A stretch of 64,000 bases of DNA from Takakia lepidozioides (taxonomy: Eukaryota > Plantae > Bryophyta): the NCBI GenBank assembly GCA_030704615.1, contig CM060732.1, forward strand, positions 5,580,001 through 5,644,000. Direction: 5' to 3'. The notes below the pieces were generated by a model. The model did not search any database and was not told the DNA's origin. It saw nothing but the letters and a program-made list of their open reading frames with translations. Below, in pieces: positions 23,411-38,022 of this stretch. Each line of letters opens with the position of its first letter. The first letter of the stretch is position 1. A program made the position numbers and the translations under genes.

Positions 23411-26400
23411 GGAGTTTGAAATAAGGGAGATTATTCAAAGGACTATTCAAAAGCTTCCAAGCTCCATTTCCAATAGTTATTGTTCTCCTTTTCTGCTTAG
23501 GCTTTTGCCTTTATCATCTTCAACTATGACATTGGCTTCCAATTAGTACCTTTATGATGACCCTTAATGAGTGCATCATGCCTCCCTGTTTGTTTGCTAT
23601 CTCCCTCTCTGTCCCCCTCTCTCAAGGGATCTGTTCCTCATTTCACTGCCTACGGCGTGTGCCTTATGGTTGGTTCGGGGGTTTTTAGTTCTTTTCCCCT
23701 TACTAATTCCAAATAAAGCGTTCTCAAGGCCTCTGTCCACCTATTTTATTGTATACATGCATGCTCACATTAACCCTAAAGGGACGAGTTAGTTTTGGCA
23801 CTTTTGGGTCAAAACAATATATACGCTGATGTGCCTAGCTATATCTTCCTACCCTCATACATCCGACATGAACCCTCTCACAAAGTCTTGGCAGATTTCA
23901 CCATTCTAATTGGGAGATTATAACAAAAAACAATGACACAATTTGGAACCGAAATGAAAATTGCATCACAAGATTTCATTTGACCAAGAAAATTTTGTGT
24001 ATCGCGCACCTTGTTTGGTTAAACTCCCCTTCAAGTCATAGTTATTCGCTTTGGTGCAAACGTCTAACTCCCAAACTGGCCGCTAGACCAACTTGGAGCT
24101 TCGGCTGCTTATCGGGGCATAATGGTCCCCCCTCACACGACGGCCCCCAACCATTCGGGCAAGATGGAAATCCCTATTGGTTGAAGGCAGTCCGAACTAA
24201 CTCCCCACACTTTGGTCCCTTTCGAGTGGTTTGCTTGCTTGCTTCACTAGCTTTTGGTCGCTTAACGGACTTGCACTGTTCTCGGGGTTATTATTCCATA
24301 TATATATGCTTCTGTATGTGTCGGCGGTCTCACAAACAAGCCCAAGTGAACCACAACCGTGAACCTCGACTCCCTCTGATGAATCACGGTGAGTCTTGAC
24401 CCACCCACCATAGCCCCAAGGCTCCCCACGACTCGACCCGCACAAGGCCTCAACCCCGCGGTGAGTCCTATGCCACCCCCATTATGACTCCCTATGCTAT
24501 GACCACCCCACTCGGAGCCCCCATCACAACACGGGTGCGGGGTTCCACATAGTGAGCGTCTCCGCCCTAGTCAGTCAGCCCCCACTCCTACCGTTGCCGC
24601 TGCCCCCACCAGAGGGACAACCCATTTGTGTTCGACATTCTGCAAGTTGCAAATTTTTCTGGGATGAATGGCTTGCATATTCACAATTAAGGGCCCATAG
24701 GAGGTGTTCTCTCAAAATTTCAGAGTGAAAGATCAAAAATTGGTTGGGCTGCTTTGTATGTGAATTTAAAGGGGGTAAATTATCCAAATTTGCTATATTA
24801 ATAATGTTAACACTCCTAAAATGTCCCACGATTTTACTGGAAATCCAATTTCCTACGGTGAATCTATGCTTTGCTGTAATCTAGACCACAAAAAGTAATT
24901 TAGAGCAAAATTCCAGGTTGGATGAATAATTTGTGAGTTTCTTGACCACTGGCAAGTTAGGCAAGTGGCAAGCTTCCGACCTGCCATGTGGGCGATCCAC
25001 TTGCGGAGCGGGGACTTCTTCACACTTCAAAATATCTAGCGTGTCAAAAATTCTAGTCGTGTGAGGCATAATTGTTTTCAGGCACCATTTGTTGGAGCGC
25101 GCTGGGCCACATTTTTCATTCAGATATCACCTTCAGCTGGATCCATCCACAAAACCGGCGTAACTAAGAGCCACTTCGCCGATGCAGGGCCACAATTTTC
25201 ATTCAGATATCACCTTCATCCAAATCCATCCACGAAAGATACAACATGGATGAAACATGCTGGTTGGGTTGAAGTCGAGAGGTTAACTTGTACATATACA
25301 TGTTCTTTTACTTATTTTTGGCTTGAAATTTGGAGAGGTTTTTTTTGGGCAAGTTCAACATCATATAGTTCTGCAGCACATTACACTATGTATGTATGGT
25401 TCACAAACGAACCAAGCCCGAGCCTATTTCTGACCCCTTGCGTGAACCTAGGTCCAAAGCCACCTTATTGGTGTTGAACCTACAAAATTCGTCAAAGCTG
25501 TAGGTTTGTCGACATTCTCATGTCTGAACCTAAAGAATTACCTAAAGAATTTTGCCTGTTCACCTGCTCACCGAAGTTCATTCCCCCTTTCCAATACAAT
25601 AGAATAGCCATAAATTTTAATAGCAAAGATGTTGTAGTCATCAAATTGAGTCCAAAGCACTGTGACATGGTTTTCATGAGTATTTGTCCCAGCAGGGCAC
25701 GTCTTACAACAACCTGGAAAACAAAACTCCACTTGCACTTCAACAACAATCGAAACTTGCAACTAGTTTCAGGAGGTAAGTTGAATTTCATATTTATAAG
25801 CTACTAACAATCAGCTGCACATGTTCAAACCATGGAGAGTAGTATGGCACTTGCCATGGCAAAACAAACAGATTCTATCCCCTCTGTAATTGTACAAACA
25901 GACATCGTACAACATACACTTGCTGAGTGACAAATGATGGTGATTAGTGACTGCCCACGTGCTTTTGGAGACAAAAATGTATAAGTTCACATGTTGCTGA
26001 CACTCTTTTTCGAAGATTAGGATCACACAACGTGCTCAAAAGTAATGAACACCTTTCCGACGGAAAAAAACCCCACAGAAAAAGAAGAAATGTCCTCGAT
26101 ACAACACTGCCGTGGGATTACTGAAGTGAGGATATCTACCCTCATGAGCAGGCCTTCCAGATCTCTGAAGGATAAACAGCATGTCAGCACATCACCATAG
26201 ATTTGAGAGCCCAACCTTTTCTAGAATGTCTGTGCCTGCTTGTCCATCAAACCGCCATACAGCACCCAGGTCAGTGCTGCTCCTTGAGTAACGGCCATCT
26301 GACACCCACACTCTTCTCCGTCAACTCCTCCCTGCCATTATTGCACAAAATGCACTACAAGTGAGAGAGAGATATGCATAAGGGTCAAACGATGGTCAAA

Positions 26401-27247
26401 GATTCGAATACCAGCAGATATGAAAGTACTGCCATGCGTTTAAAGATCAAACTTTGTATAGGAGGTTCCATAAACAGCAGGGAACTAGCTAAAGGGTTAT
26501 ATATTCTGTGCATTGCATATACAAGCACTCAAGCTTGAAGCACAATTTACTGCCTATGAGACAGGGTTGATTGGACCACTAATGATCATCTATCAAAACT
26601 TCACTGCTCTTTTGTCTATTTACTTGCTGATCAGCTCACCATGATTCCCAAAATAACATAATGAAAGAAACATGTACCAGCAGACTCAAACGTTGTCAGT
26701 CTCGCTTTTCTCTCCTCATCTCTGTGCCAACATTCTGTGCACCAGGTGGTGAATGAATCTGGCTATTTGAGCAGACAGGATTGCTGCATTGAAATTCGCC
26801 ATCCTGCCTGCTTAGTGGCATCTTTCTGCAGACCCAACAACAAGCACTTATAATAAAACAGTTACAAGACTACAGAGCTCAATATCACACAGCATTAACT
26901 ACATTTGACTGAACTGGACCTCCAAACTCACCTTACTAATGATGTGACCCAAAACTTTACATCACACCTACCCAAATGAACAAGAAGGCTGGTACAATAC
27001 ACAAACAAGGGAAAGACATGGATTGTCTTCAACGGCAGGGTGGGAGGTAAAAAGCATGCACAAAAACAGACTCACTTGGGCTGGCAACCCAGAACCTGAA
27101 GTTTCTCCACTGCTTCCTTGGCTGCATACAGCATCATCTTCTTCACCTGCAGCCCAATCAAGCCACATCTCTTTATGAGGGCTTGTAGAGAAAAGCTCAG
27201 TACCTTCCTTGCTACAGTAGCTGTCTTAAAGGCGACAAAAAACGTAC

Positions 27248-30200
27248 CTCCAGCTTATCTTCATTTGCCCGGTGATTGGTAGGCAGCAGACGAAACTCGT
27301 CTGTCAATCGTACACACTCTTGTACATTCTCAGGAGAGACAAAGTCGAGAGCCACCTTAATGCACGACTGCATCACCCACCCAGCTTCCCTCCATGAGAT
27401 GCATGCTATTTGGTACCCATCTCTGTATTATAATATGTAAGCATGATTTAAGCACCAAACCTGCTAAATAGCTGGGAACCCACCTTCAAGTTGCGCACTT
27501 GATGTGGACAACCTGCTGGAATGAACACTGCTTCACCATAATTCTGCTCGAACGTCCAGGCTTCGATTTCTACACCGATTGGATGCTTGTCAAAACACTT
27601 ATATGGAATATACAGACCCGCAGCTTTCCCCAGCACACTAACTGATAGCTTCAAATATGTGACGGGAAGTAGGCCAAAGGGCCAGTTAAGTCCCCTACAG
27701 ACCATCACCAAAGCAAGCATTGCAGAACATCCAAATAAGCCACTGTGAGATCCCTGACTTCATTTGAAAGGGGTAGCATCAGCCATATTTTGAGATGCAC
27801 AAATGCATGCAACCTTTCTTTTCAAAGAGCGAGGATAAGGGAAGGACAAGGCCTACTAATTTTGAACCCCTTAGTAGTGCCAAAAACCACTCCCTAAAAG
27901 TGCACTTGAAGTTACTGGGATCTTGAGCTATGCTTAAACAAACCTGATAATTTGTAAGCAAAGCTCTGTTTCACATAACAAGGAACAAACCTGAACAACC
28001 TACTTTCATGCACCAAGGATCCTATGAGTGAGTGAAGAAGGTTGTAAGAGGCTGAAACTGTTCAAACTTACGAAATTCTTCCTTCAGCTTCCGTTTGTGC
28101 TCCTCATCTAGGTAGAAGGTCTGATCATGAATGGGATGTGTTACCTGCAGCAAGAAACCCTCCTGTCAAGACATCCAGAACCAACAGCCAGAGGGCCTCT
28201 CTGCCAAGAAAGGTGTGTTTGCTCCTCTTATTAACAAAACCAAACAGGAGAGCATCCATAATAACAACCTCAAGCAGGGGCAGCAGAGACCCTTACAGAA
28301 TCTATAGTGCTCTGCTTAATGTGGTGGAACTCCTTCCTGTGTGCACTCAAGTACTCCTGCAGTTTAGGTACATCTTGCCGTTGGAAGATGTCCCACAATG
28401 CCCCTCCATACGCTGGTGGCTGAACAACTATGCATTTAGGATCTTTCTTGCTAAACATGCCCATCTCATCTTCTTCTCTTTTGCCAACCTCGACCTCAAG
28501 CTGCTGCCCATTAGCTTCAATTGGGGAGCTCCCAAGTTTTGTATGTGCATCTTGCAGTACCTGTGTAGTGAAGGGTGTCCTGATACTTACAGATGGTTTA
28601 GGAAGTGGGTTATCCTCACGCTGCTCAGTGAGCTGCTCCCCATCAGCTTCGAGCGATGGGTGTCCAAGGTCAGCAACTGCATCTGGCAGCACCACTGCAC
28701 TGGAATTTGCAGCAACAGCATCCCCACACTCCAAGTTTGCTTCACCTGGGGACTGATCCGCAACCTGCTCTGTGTCCTCACAACATTTGCCCTCTTCTTT
28801 GTACTTCTTGAGGAGTTTTGCACCACCCTTTTTTTGCTTTACGCGGGGCTTCATTACAGTTGTATGTGTCAAAACATTCACCTGCAACATTCCAGCAGAT
28901 AAGGCACATTGCTTGTTCCTTTGCATGGCCAAGATCCATATATAGGTCATCCCTCAGAAAACCTGGCCCATCTACATCCCCACTGCTTACTACAACGAGC
29001 GAAATATACAGTGCTATTCCAGTAAAAAGCACCATCTCACCGCATCAGACATGTCACAGTGCAACTTGGTCACTGAGTCACCAATACCGAGCTCCTTATG
29101 AAGTCCGTAGGCAATGTAAGTCTTAGGGCCCAAATCAGGCTTTAAAGCCCTTTTGGGGAGCTTGGCAGCTAAATTTAGCATGCCACCCCTGGGATCCGTA
29201 TATTCCTGAAATGGAAGAGCAGCAAGAAAGTCAGCCCCATGACGCGGAAGGCGATCTTCAAAATGGGTTGATGGTGGCCAATCCTTCAGCTTCAACATTG
29301 CAGGGAACCCCCTCTTATCAAACCGCCCCTCCTCATAGCCGGTGAAAAACTGATGGATGTTTATTTCAACCTGCACCCCGTCATCCAAGACACTTATCAC
29401 TAACACATTTTACGGATGACTACGGACCTATAAAACGAATCCTCCAAAATAGAATTGAACCTTGTCACACCTCACACCAATCCTGGCAATCCAGAGCTCT
29501 AACTGTCGTGGTCTCCTCTTTGAACTTTTTCTTTGTGGTCTCCCGAACTGCACGCCACATAACCATAGGTTCCCAGCTGAGACCTGTAGCACCTTCCAGC
29601 ACATCCCGCACTATAACTGGTTCACCTTGCTTCCAATGCTTCTGAAAATGTGCTAAGCCCTCTGTCTGAACATCTGCTAAGCTTGGGCAATATATATAGT
29701 TAACACCGTCATCAGCTCGGTGAGCAGCTAGCCGCAAATTCTTGGTTCCTGAGCTGGGCACATCACAGTAGCTGCAGCCACCCTGAAACTGGGGTTCACT
29801 TGTCTCATAGTCACCTAGTAGGTCCTCAGCATCCTTGGTCAGCCTGGCAATCCAGTCAGGCTCAAATAGTGTCTTCAATTCTAGCAAGTAGGAACCACCA
29901 CAGCCACCTAGCAGGAGTGGCGGACAAGGAATAGTGCCATCTGCATGGGCTGTCCAAGCAGGCATTGGCAAGGGGTCTTCCCTATCTGGTTGGTCCGAGT
30001 GCTCTTTCATAACCCTCTCCTGTGGTTGGTGCTGCCCTGATTCCACCTGGAGTCCTCCTGGTCGGCGTCCCGCATGTAGCTCGCTGCAGCAAGTTAGGCA
30101 CAGATCGTACTCGCATTCTGGACAGCTCCTATGGTAATCCACAATGGAAGTCCTACAGTTGTCACTGTGGCACATGCACCCACAAGCTTGAACTTCTTAG

Positions 30201-33200
30201 GCAGACTGATACAACAACATTTGGACTACGATATTATGGCAAAAATCCTTATTCAGTAGAGGGAGAGACACGAAGAGAAAATTTATCACATCCACAGAAG
30301 GCCCTGAGCCGATGGGACACAGGAGGAAAAAGAGAGAGAGAGAGAATGTACTCCTAAGACGTTGTTTGCCGTAGCCTTGTGGCCATTGACCCTGCGCCCA
30401 GTTTGAGCGGAACACAAAGGGACAGAAACTATCTTTGTCACAGGCTGACACTGGTAGTATGACTTACCTTGAAACATGCAATTGATCCGAGTTTTCCAGA
30501 TATCCTCTAGAAATTCCTTCACACAAACATCAATCTGCTGTGTGATTTGCCCAATAACTAGACCCCAAAAGGGCCTGGGCTTTTGGCTCAGCCATGAGAT
30601 TTCCAAATATGGCAAACAGAGGTACAGGAACAATTCCTAATGAAGAGGATGTCTCTCTGGTGAGAGTACCAAAGACAATGCATCAGAAAGTGGATATTGT
30701 CTTCAGGTTGCCCACACAACGGGCACTTACAATCCCCTTTCCTCTCTGCGTCTGTTTGCTGTTCAAAGGTAGGCTTCCCGCCCTGAATTCAAATTTCAGT
30801 TTAGTGCCGAGAGTGGGTAGACCCTTGAGGTTATCCATGATGGCCCCACCCATGTCACAGTCTGCAAACAAGTTCAGGGAAGTTTTCTGCCTACCTTCAT
30901 TTTCCTCAGAAAAAATCCTGGCAACAGACATGGCTTTGGACACTACAGAGTCTCTCATCTCCGAGAGAGGGAGAGAATGTACTCATAAGACCTTGTTTGC
31001 CGTAGCCTTGTGGCCATTGACCCTGCGCCCAGTTTGAGCGGAACACAAAGGGACTGAACCTACCTTTGTCACGGGCTGACGCCAGTAGTAAGACTTACCT
31101 TGGAATAAACAATTGATCCGGGTTTTCCAGATATCCTCTAGAATTCCCTTCACACAAGCATCAATCTGCTGTGCAAGGTTTGCCCAATAACTAGGCCCCA
31201 AAAGGGCCTGGGCTTTTGGCTCAGCCTCGAGACTTTCAAAGGTGGTAAACAGAGGTACAGGCACATCCCCTTGATAGATTTGAGGAGAGTGTCTCTCTGG
31301 TGAGAGAACCCCGGACAATGAATCAGAAAATGAATGTTGTCTTCAGGTTGCCCACACAACGGGCAATTGCACTCTCCCTTTCCTCTCTGCTTCTGTTTGC
31401 TGTTCAAAGGTAGGCTTCCCATTTCAGTCTAGTGCCGAGAGTGGGTAGACCCTTGAGGTCATCCATGATCCTCCCCCATGTCACAGACTGGAAACAAGTT
31501 CAGGGAAATATTCTGCCTAACTTCATTTTCATCCGACAATTTCCTGGCAACAGACATGGCTTTGGACACTACAGCCTCTAGGTCAGAGTTATCCAGCAGG
31601 GTCAAGACTTGCAGATTGAGAGTCAGATCCTTGAGAATCTCTTCTACTCTCTTCCGCCAGGACTTAGCCTGTTTGACAGCGCGATCCTGTTTCCAAGATA
31701 TAGAGTCGATTAACTTAGGATATCTGATGTTGGACATATGTTGCAGCTGACCCCACCATCTGACCTTGAATTCATCTCGTCGGGAGCTTAAAGAAGGGAT
31801 GCCACACTCACCCCGAACAGCCACATTGGCTATTTCGAGCATGCTGACATGCACTCCTTAAGCACCCCCACTTGAATAGATTCTAGAGACTTAGCCTGGT
31901 CGGAGTTATCACCCATATTGCAGATGCGTACTCCAAGGCAGGTCTAATAACGTGACAAAGCATGGTTTTCTTGACCTCAGAGTTGATCCTCTGCAGTGGA
32001 AAAATTTAGTGAGACCCAGCGCTTTGCGCTTGCCAGTTTGAACAACTTTCTGCATATGTGCATCCCAATTACAGTCTGTTGTGTGTGGTTTGCCCAATAA
32101 CTAGGCCCCAAAAGGGCCTGAACTTTTGGCTCAGCCTTGAGACTTTCAAAGATGGTAAGCAGAGGTTCAGGCACAATTCCCTTGATGGATTTGAAGAGGG
32201 CGTCTCTCTCGTGAGAGTACCCAGGACGATGAATCAGAAAATGAATGTTGTCTTCAGGTTGGCCACACGACGGGCAATTGCAATCCCTCTTTCCTCTCTG
32301 CATCTGTTTGCTGATCAAAGGTAGGCTTCCCGCCCTGAGTTTAAATTTCAGTCTAGTGCCGAGGGTGGGTAAACCCTTGAGGTCATCCATGATGGCCTCT
32401 CCCATATCACAGACTGAAAACAAGTTCAGGGAAGTTTTCTGCCTAACTTCATTTTCATCAGAAAAATTCCTGGCAACAGACATGGCTTAGGACACTACAG
32501 CCTCTAAGTCAGATTTATCCAGCAGGGTCAAGACTTGCAGGCTTAGATTCAGATCCTTGAGAATCTCTTCTACTCTCTTCCGCCAGGAATTAGCCTGTTT
32601 GACAGGGCGATCCTGCTTCCAAAAAATAGAGTCAATTAACTTAGGATATCTGATATTAGACATATGTTGCAGACCCCACCATCTGACCTTGAATTCATCT
32701 TGTCGGGAGCGTAAGGAAGGGATGCCACACTTAGCCTGGTTGGAGTTATCAACCCAAACTGCAGATGCGTACTGCGGAGAGAGAGGGAGAGAGAGAGAGG
32801 TGAGCCTCCCAAGCGGGTAATGCATCCAAATCCAGACAAAGCTCATCACTGGCATTAAAAATCATCAGTAGGCAGTTACTGAATAAGCCTCTTGAAAGAC
32901 TCTCCTGAGCTGCATCACACTGATCTCATTCCTAGCCAGAGATATAGGTAGGCACTAGAAATTCATAATTAAAAATGTCTCTTTGCATAAATGCTGAAAA
33001 CTGATCTGCCACCTACCAGTAGAGACGCTCGTTAATAGGAATAATTGTGCGTTCCGCCATGACACTCGATTTCCCTGCACAAAAAGAGACTGGTTCTTCG
33101 TAAAATCTCAGCTCATTGCTAAAGACCCCCTTTGGATGGAGTGGGAGGAAATCTGAAGAGGACAACAGCGAGAATTGCTATACCTTGTATATTTGACTCC

Positions 33201-35390
33201 AAGTGCAGCTCCTTGCACTGCTCCTGATCCAGTTTCTTCAAACAAGGAAGAAGCTTGACTAGCATGTATTTTAGAAGCTTTATCTTCTCACTGTCACTTA
33301 TTTCCACGCTCTTCTGCTTCCCAAACCCCAACTATACAACATCACATACTTGATAACTTTGGATGTGCAACACAACAAATAGGAAAGAGACCACCTACCC
33401 TAATTGCAAAACCTAGGACTTTACCACAAGATTGCTTACCCTTTCTGGTCCACAGCTACGGAGGCAGGCCTTGCAGTTACAGTTTCCCATGCAGAAAGGG
33501 CAATTTTGTGCTACATCCTCCTCTGACAAGAGTGGGTACCTGCACAATAACAACGATCAGAGTCATAGTCTTGCTTTGCAAGCAACACATCCAATGTTGC
33601 ACATAGATATACTGATGCTAAGTTTACCCTTGCTTAAGCAGGAGTCCAACTGATGCCATGCAGGTTGCACAGAGGTAGATGGCAGGAACCATGTACATAC
33701 CATGTTGCAATACAAGGTGAGCAGTAGCGCTTGCGCACACACTTGCGGCAGAACACCACTCCTCCCTTATCGTTTCTCTGGCATTGATGACACATCCTGC
33801 TGACACTCTGCTCCCCTACTCTTTCTGTACTGCTCGCCTGCAGGTTCCATGTCCAGGTCCCACATCCATCAGACTGGCAATATGACACTAACATTATCTA
33901 CCCTTTAGAAGTTTCTTCTGGATTGGAACAAATCCAAAATATCCCTGATGACCTCTACCTGCATGACATTACTCTGCATTACCACAGAGCCTCCTGAAAG
34001 GAGCGATACGGGTTTACCAAGTTATAAAACGAGTTACCATACATTATACCACAATGCAGCACTGGCAAACACCAAGTAGTTTCTCCATCAAATCTTCAAT
34101 TTGAAGCATCCGTTGATACAATGACCTTCCAAACTTTGTAGAAGTCCTTAATCCAGCTAGTCTGAATTTCAACCAGTACTCCCAATGAAGTTGAAGACTA
34201 CTGCAGGGGTGTAAAAAAAGACCAATGCAAAGAAACCAAGCTAAATCCAACACTGGTAACACTAGACTTGACAATGAAACTGCTGCCAAGCACTCACCAA
34301 TCTCCGATGACTGCGTACAGTTTCGAATTCATCCTGAAAGCTTGTCCATTCTTCGTTGTAATTCACCACTTTGCGTCGAGTTCGTAAGGCTCTGTCTTCA
34401 TTGTGAATGTGAGTGCATTCCTCAGTACTGCAGGGGACTCTGTCTTGATTCTGAACAGTGGTCTGTACTGTGTTGCCTGAATCTGCAGCCCAAGCAGTTG
34501 ACTCTTTCACAGACTTTTCAGGTAGTGAATGACCTCGGGCATTCCCCTCCCTTCCAACTATGCTTATTGTTCTTGCCTTCGGTATTGATGATGTCCATTC
34601 CTCATTGTTTTTGACAACTTTGAGGCATATTTGTAAAGCTCTGTCTTCATTGTGACCGCGAGTGAATTCCTCTGTACTGCAGGGAGTACTGTCTTCATCC
34701 TTAACCATGGTCTGTACTGCGTACTCTGCCTCTGCAGCCCGAGCAAGTGACACTTTCTGGGACTTTTCAGAAAACTCATGACCACCACGGATTCTCTCCC
34801 TTCCAACTACACCTATCTTTCCTTCGTTCTGTTGCATGATTTCCCATCCTCTTTTAGTTTTCTCTTTTAAAGGGTTTTTGGGCTTTCCACGTGTCTTATA
34901 TTTTATATGAGCATGATGACCGCAGTAAGTGCTACCTTCCACCACCATCCTGGAGCACCGCCACTGTTTTCCATCAGACCTAACGCAGCGTAGCTTGTCG
35001 TCTGGGACAACAACTTTTCCCTTGACCTTTCGTGATTGACCACTGTTCATCGGGCTACTGCTACTCCTTTGACTGCTTGTTGTTATCTCGTGCTTCAATT
35101 CTGGTGCATTTCGAGGAGGTGCCCTTCGCATCCTGTTGTCACTCACGCGATTGCACGGGACACGTGTGACGTGGTAAATATGCAAGCAACTACTGCCTAC
35201 CTGTCGATATTCAACCAAAGCCCCGAGTAGCAACCACCTTACACATCGGCACAACTCCTTGAAGTGAAAGACCACAAAGGCTGACTATCCCCAGGACAAA
35301 TAACGAAACTTACGGTGGCACGGCTGTCTTCAATGATAGTGGGGAGCTACGGTCATCAGATGAAAGCCGTCTCACAACGGGCTTTACCAT
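27248..35390 (-). CDS. KDM3/JMJD1-family JmjC H3K9 demethylase (plant JMJ24-29/IBM1-like clade): WRC, RING-like Zn fingers, JmjC; 3' end uncertain, may extend to ~26.2 kb
   Basis: Exon 35390-35314 splices in frame to 35132; WRC motif [17 protein letters not shown]; [17 protein letters not shown]; [15 protein letters not shown]; [26 protein letters not shown]; [29 protein letters not shown]; MLKLKDWPP; [26 protein letters not shown]; [16 protein letters not shown]; [25 protein letters not shown]; [14 protein letters not shown]; canonical GT-AG introns. Confidence 0.93.
30330..32800 (-). mobile_element. Three head-to-tail 3' fragments of a non-LTR retrotransposon (LINE) inside a KDM3 intron
   Basis: RT tail ([18 protein letters not shown]) and C-terminal CCHC motif [18 protein letters not shown] in three copies (~30.35-30.96, 30.96-32.1, 32.1-32.78 kb); GA/CT microsatellite at ~30330, ~30965 and ~32780. 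Confidence 0.8.
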
Positions 35391-37394
35391 CGTCTTCAGT
35401 ATTCCATCTTAATCTTTCCTTCAGCTCCTGGATAACCAACCCTTCCAAACATGATGAAACATCTCTGTAACTATAAATAAATAAACATGTACCCAAAGGT
35501 GCACCAGACTGTCAAGCAATTCCAATTCGAAAGGAGAAGATTCCAAACCCCGATGGATCATCAATACTTGACTGTACTCAGTGCACATTGAATAAAGTGA
35601 ACCTGTCACGAGTTAACTAAAAACGGTGAAGCAACCAATTTCCGCACATACGTAGTTGTAGCCTGATGCAACAAGAGGCTGTGCAGCGTCTTCAAAGTTC
35701 CACAGGTCACCAAAATCACTGTCTTGGACGGCAAATGAGGACGGCTGAAAAATCCCTACAATGCACACGAAACCGAAAAAAGGAGCCGAGTTTGTGCTGT
35801 AGAAGAGATCAAACAATTAGTGAGTCGCGGAAATTCCAGAGAAATCCTGTTCTTACACTAAAATTTCTCGCTTCTGTTTTCTCTGTTGCAACCTCAATAA
35901 CTCAAGAAACTACCCTTGGGCAAATATCAGAAAAGGCTACCCATGGAGTACGGGGAAAAGAGAAACTTGGACAATTAACACCTTGGATAAGCGCCAAATT
36001 TCGGAGATTGAACCAGCGCTCTTGCATGACTTTGTTATCTTCGAGGAACCATGGCTGCCAAGAGCTTCTCTCAAGAATTGAGAGGAACGGAACCAGGCTA
36101 CGTAGGTACCTGTGCTCCTCCTACATATGGCCTTGCATACAGCACCATCACAAACATCACCTCTCCACTTCCCTCGTTGGACTGGTTTAGTAGAGTAGTG
36201 GCATGGCCCCCGGGACCTAGTACCTACACGTAAAAACTTGCTCTAGATTTTCCTTCGTATTTCTTAGGTCATTTTGAAGCAGACCTCCAGTGGGGCGGGA
36301 GCACCAACGGCATGGACCCGGTGGTTTCAAGTCTGGACCACGTTGCCCTAGAAAGATTCGTGGCACACAATCTTGTCCCTTGGATGAGATATCATCTAGG
36401 GTTGATGTAGAGCCAGCTAGTCAGAGGGTGCAACCACATGAGCAGATTTTTACGCAGGCGAAAGTTCCGGCCCACGGACTTTCCGCATCCGATATGCCCT
36501 GGGGCGGGCCCACCCTTAACAACGCTCAACAGACCCCCGAACCGGGTCGCAGGGCCCACTTAAATGTAAATTGTGTTTTTTCAGATGTGATTCAAATTCT
36601 ATGAAATTAGTGCCATTGGGTGGCCCCTCTCGTGCACTACCAGGATTGGGCATTGATTGCCATAATTTGGAGTTAAAGCAAAGTTGTGTCATTACGTAAT
36701 CAAGGGGGTCAGGAATTGATGAAGGTAATTTTGTTTTTTTCATGTGAAGATTTCTTGACACGTGTGTGTAGTAGAGCTGGTTTGGTTGCAAAGGAGAGTT
36801 TAATTACTCCACTTCACAGGGCGAGTTTGCATTTTTTAAGTCCTACGAAATTTCCACAATTTATTTAGTAACTGCCTTCCAAGTCTTTTATTGACTAATT
36901 CCTACTGCCTAGGCCTACGAGCCGCCTATAACCGGGACATCCGTTTTTCCCTTCACAAAGCGCCTCTCATTTTTGAATAATTGGGAGTTTAAGGCTCAAG
37001 TGTGAGCCAGGCAGCGGCCCCATGCTGGGATGTCGGGCGCCCCCGCGACCACCCGGCGGGTCCAGGTTCCGGGTCTGCTCACTCTGCTTGAGGGTAGGAT
37101 CTGCTCACTGCTGGCAGATCGGGTCTGCTCGCGGGTCTTGGGTCCAACTAAATGGTCTGCTCGTCGCGCCGCAGCCCGCCCGCCGGGACTTAGAATTTTT
37201 TGCGGGAAAACTCGCCTATCACAAAAGGTCATTAATACACGTACAACGCTAGCCGAAATCATCGTTAATGCACATTTGGCACAGCCATAGTTGAACCCAT
37301 AGCCTAATACCACTCATTGCGCCCAACCACCACACTACCCGCTGCTTGATGTTACCTCAACATTTTTTTTTTATCTCTTAACCTAGAAACAGCC

Positions 37395-37620
37395 GCAGTC
37401 AGCCCCATGCCGCCTAGGGTCAAGGCCTGCGGACCCTACCTCGCGGCAGACCATACCTAGTGGCAAACCCATCCTCGCAGCACCCACCGGGCCGACCTCG
37501 CGGCAACCATACCTGGCGACAGACCCCTCCTCGCGGCAGACCCCCTGGGCCGAGCCTGGCGGCAGACCCATCCTTGCGCACACCCACCCGGGCCTAGTCA
37601 TGGGTCGCGGCGGGGCCACC
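37395..37620. repeat. GC-rich degenerate tandem repeat (cctcgcggcagacc)
   Basis: Motif recurs about five times. Confidence 0.5.
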
Positions 37621-38022
37621 CAGGGGCGCTTGACGTCCGTGCATGGGCCCCTGCCTGGCTCACACGGGGGGCTGCTATTTCATGAGCGGCATGAACATGA
37701 GTAGGAAAAAAAAAGCATGAGCGGGCCGAATTGTGTCCACGGAAATAGGGTTAGGAGGCACGGAAATAGGGTCATGTGGACTCGTCATAGCAATGAATGC
37801 AACATTTTATTGCAAATTTGGTGGCAAGCCACGTCTATACAAGTGTGTCCTAACTGTCATAGCAGGAATGGGAACTACTCTCCTACACCTTCCGAGGAAC
37901 TTGGCCCTCTTCTTCTTCCTCATCCCCCTCATCCCCCCCATCCTCCGAGCTCTGTGATGCATCGGTGCAGTATGCCTCTCAAAAATGTCGTCCTCTCCTT
38001 GGGGGACTGTCCACCTCACCTC

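Noticed and set aside
36635-36650. CACTA-like terminus (cactaccagg)
   Set aside because: No matching opposite TIR or TSD found
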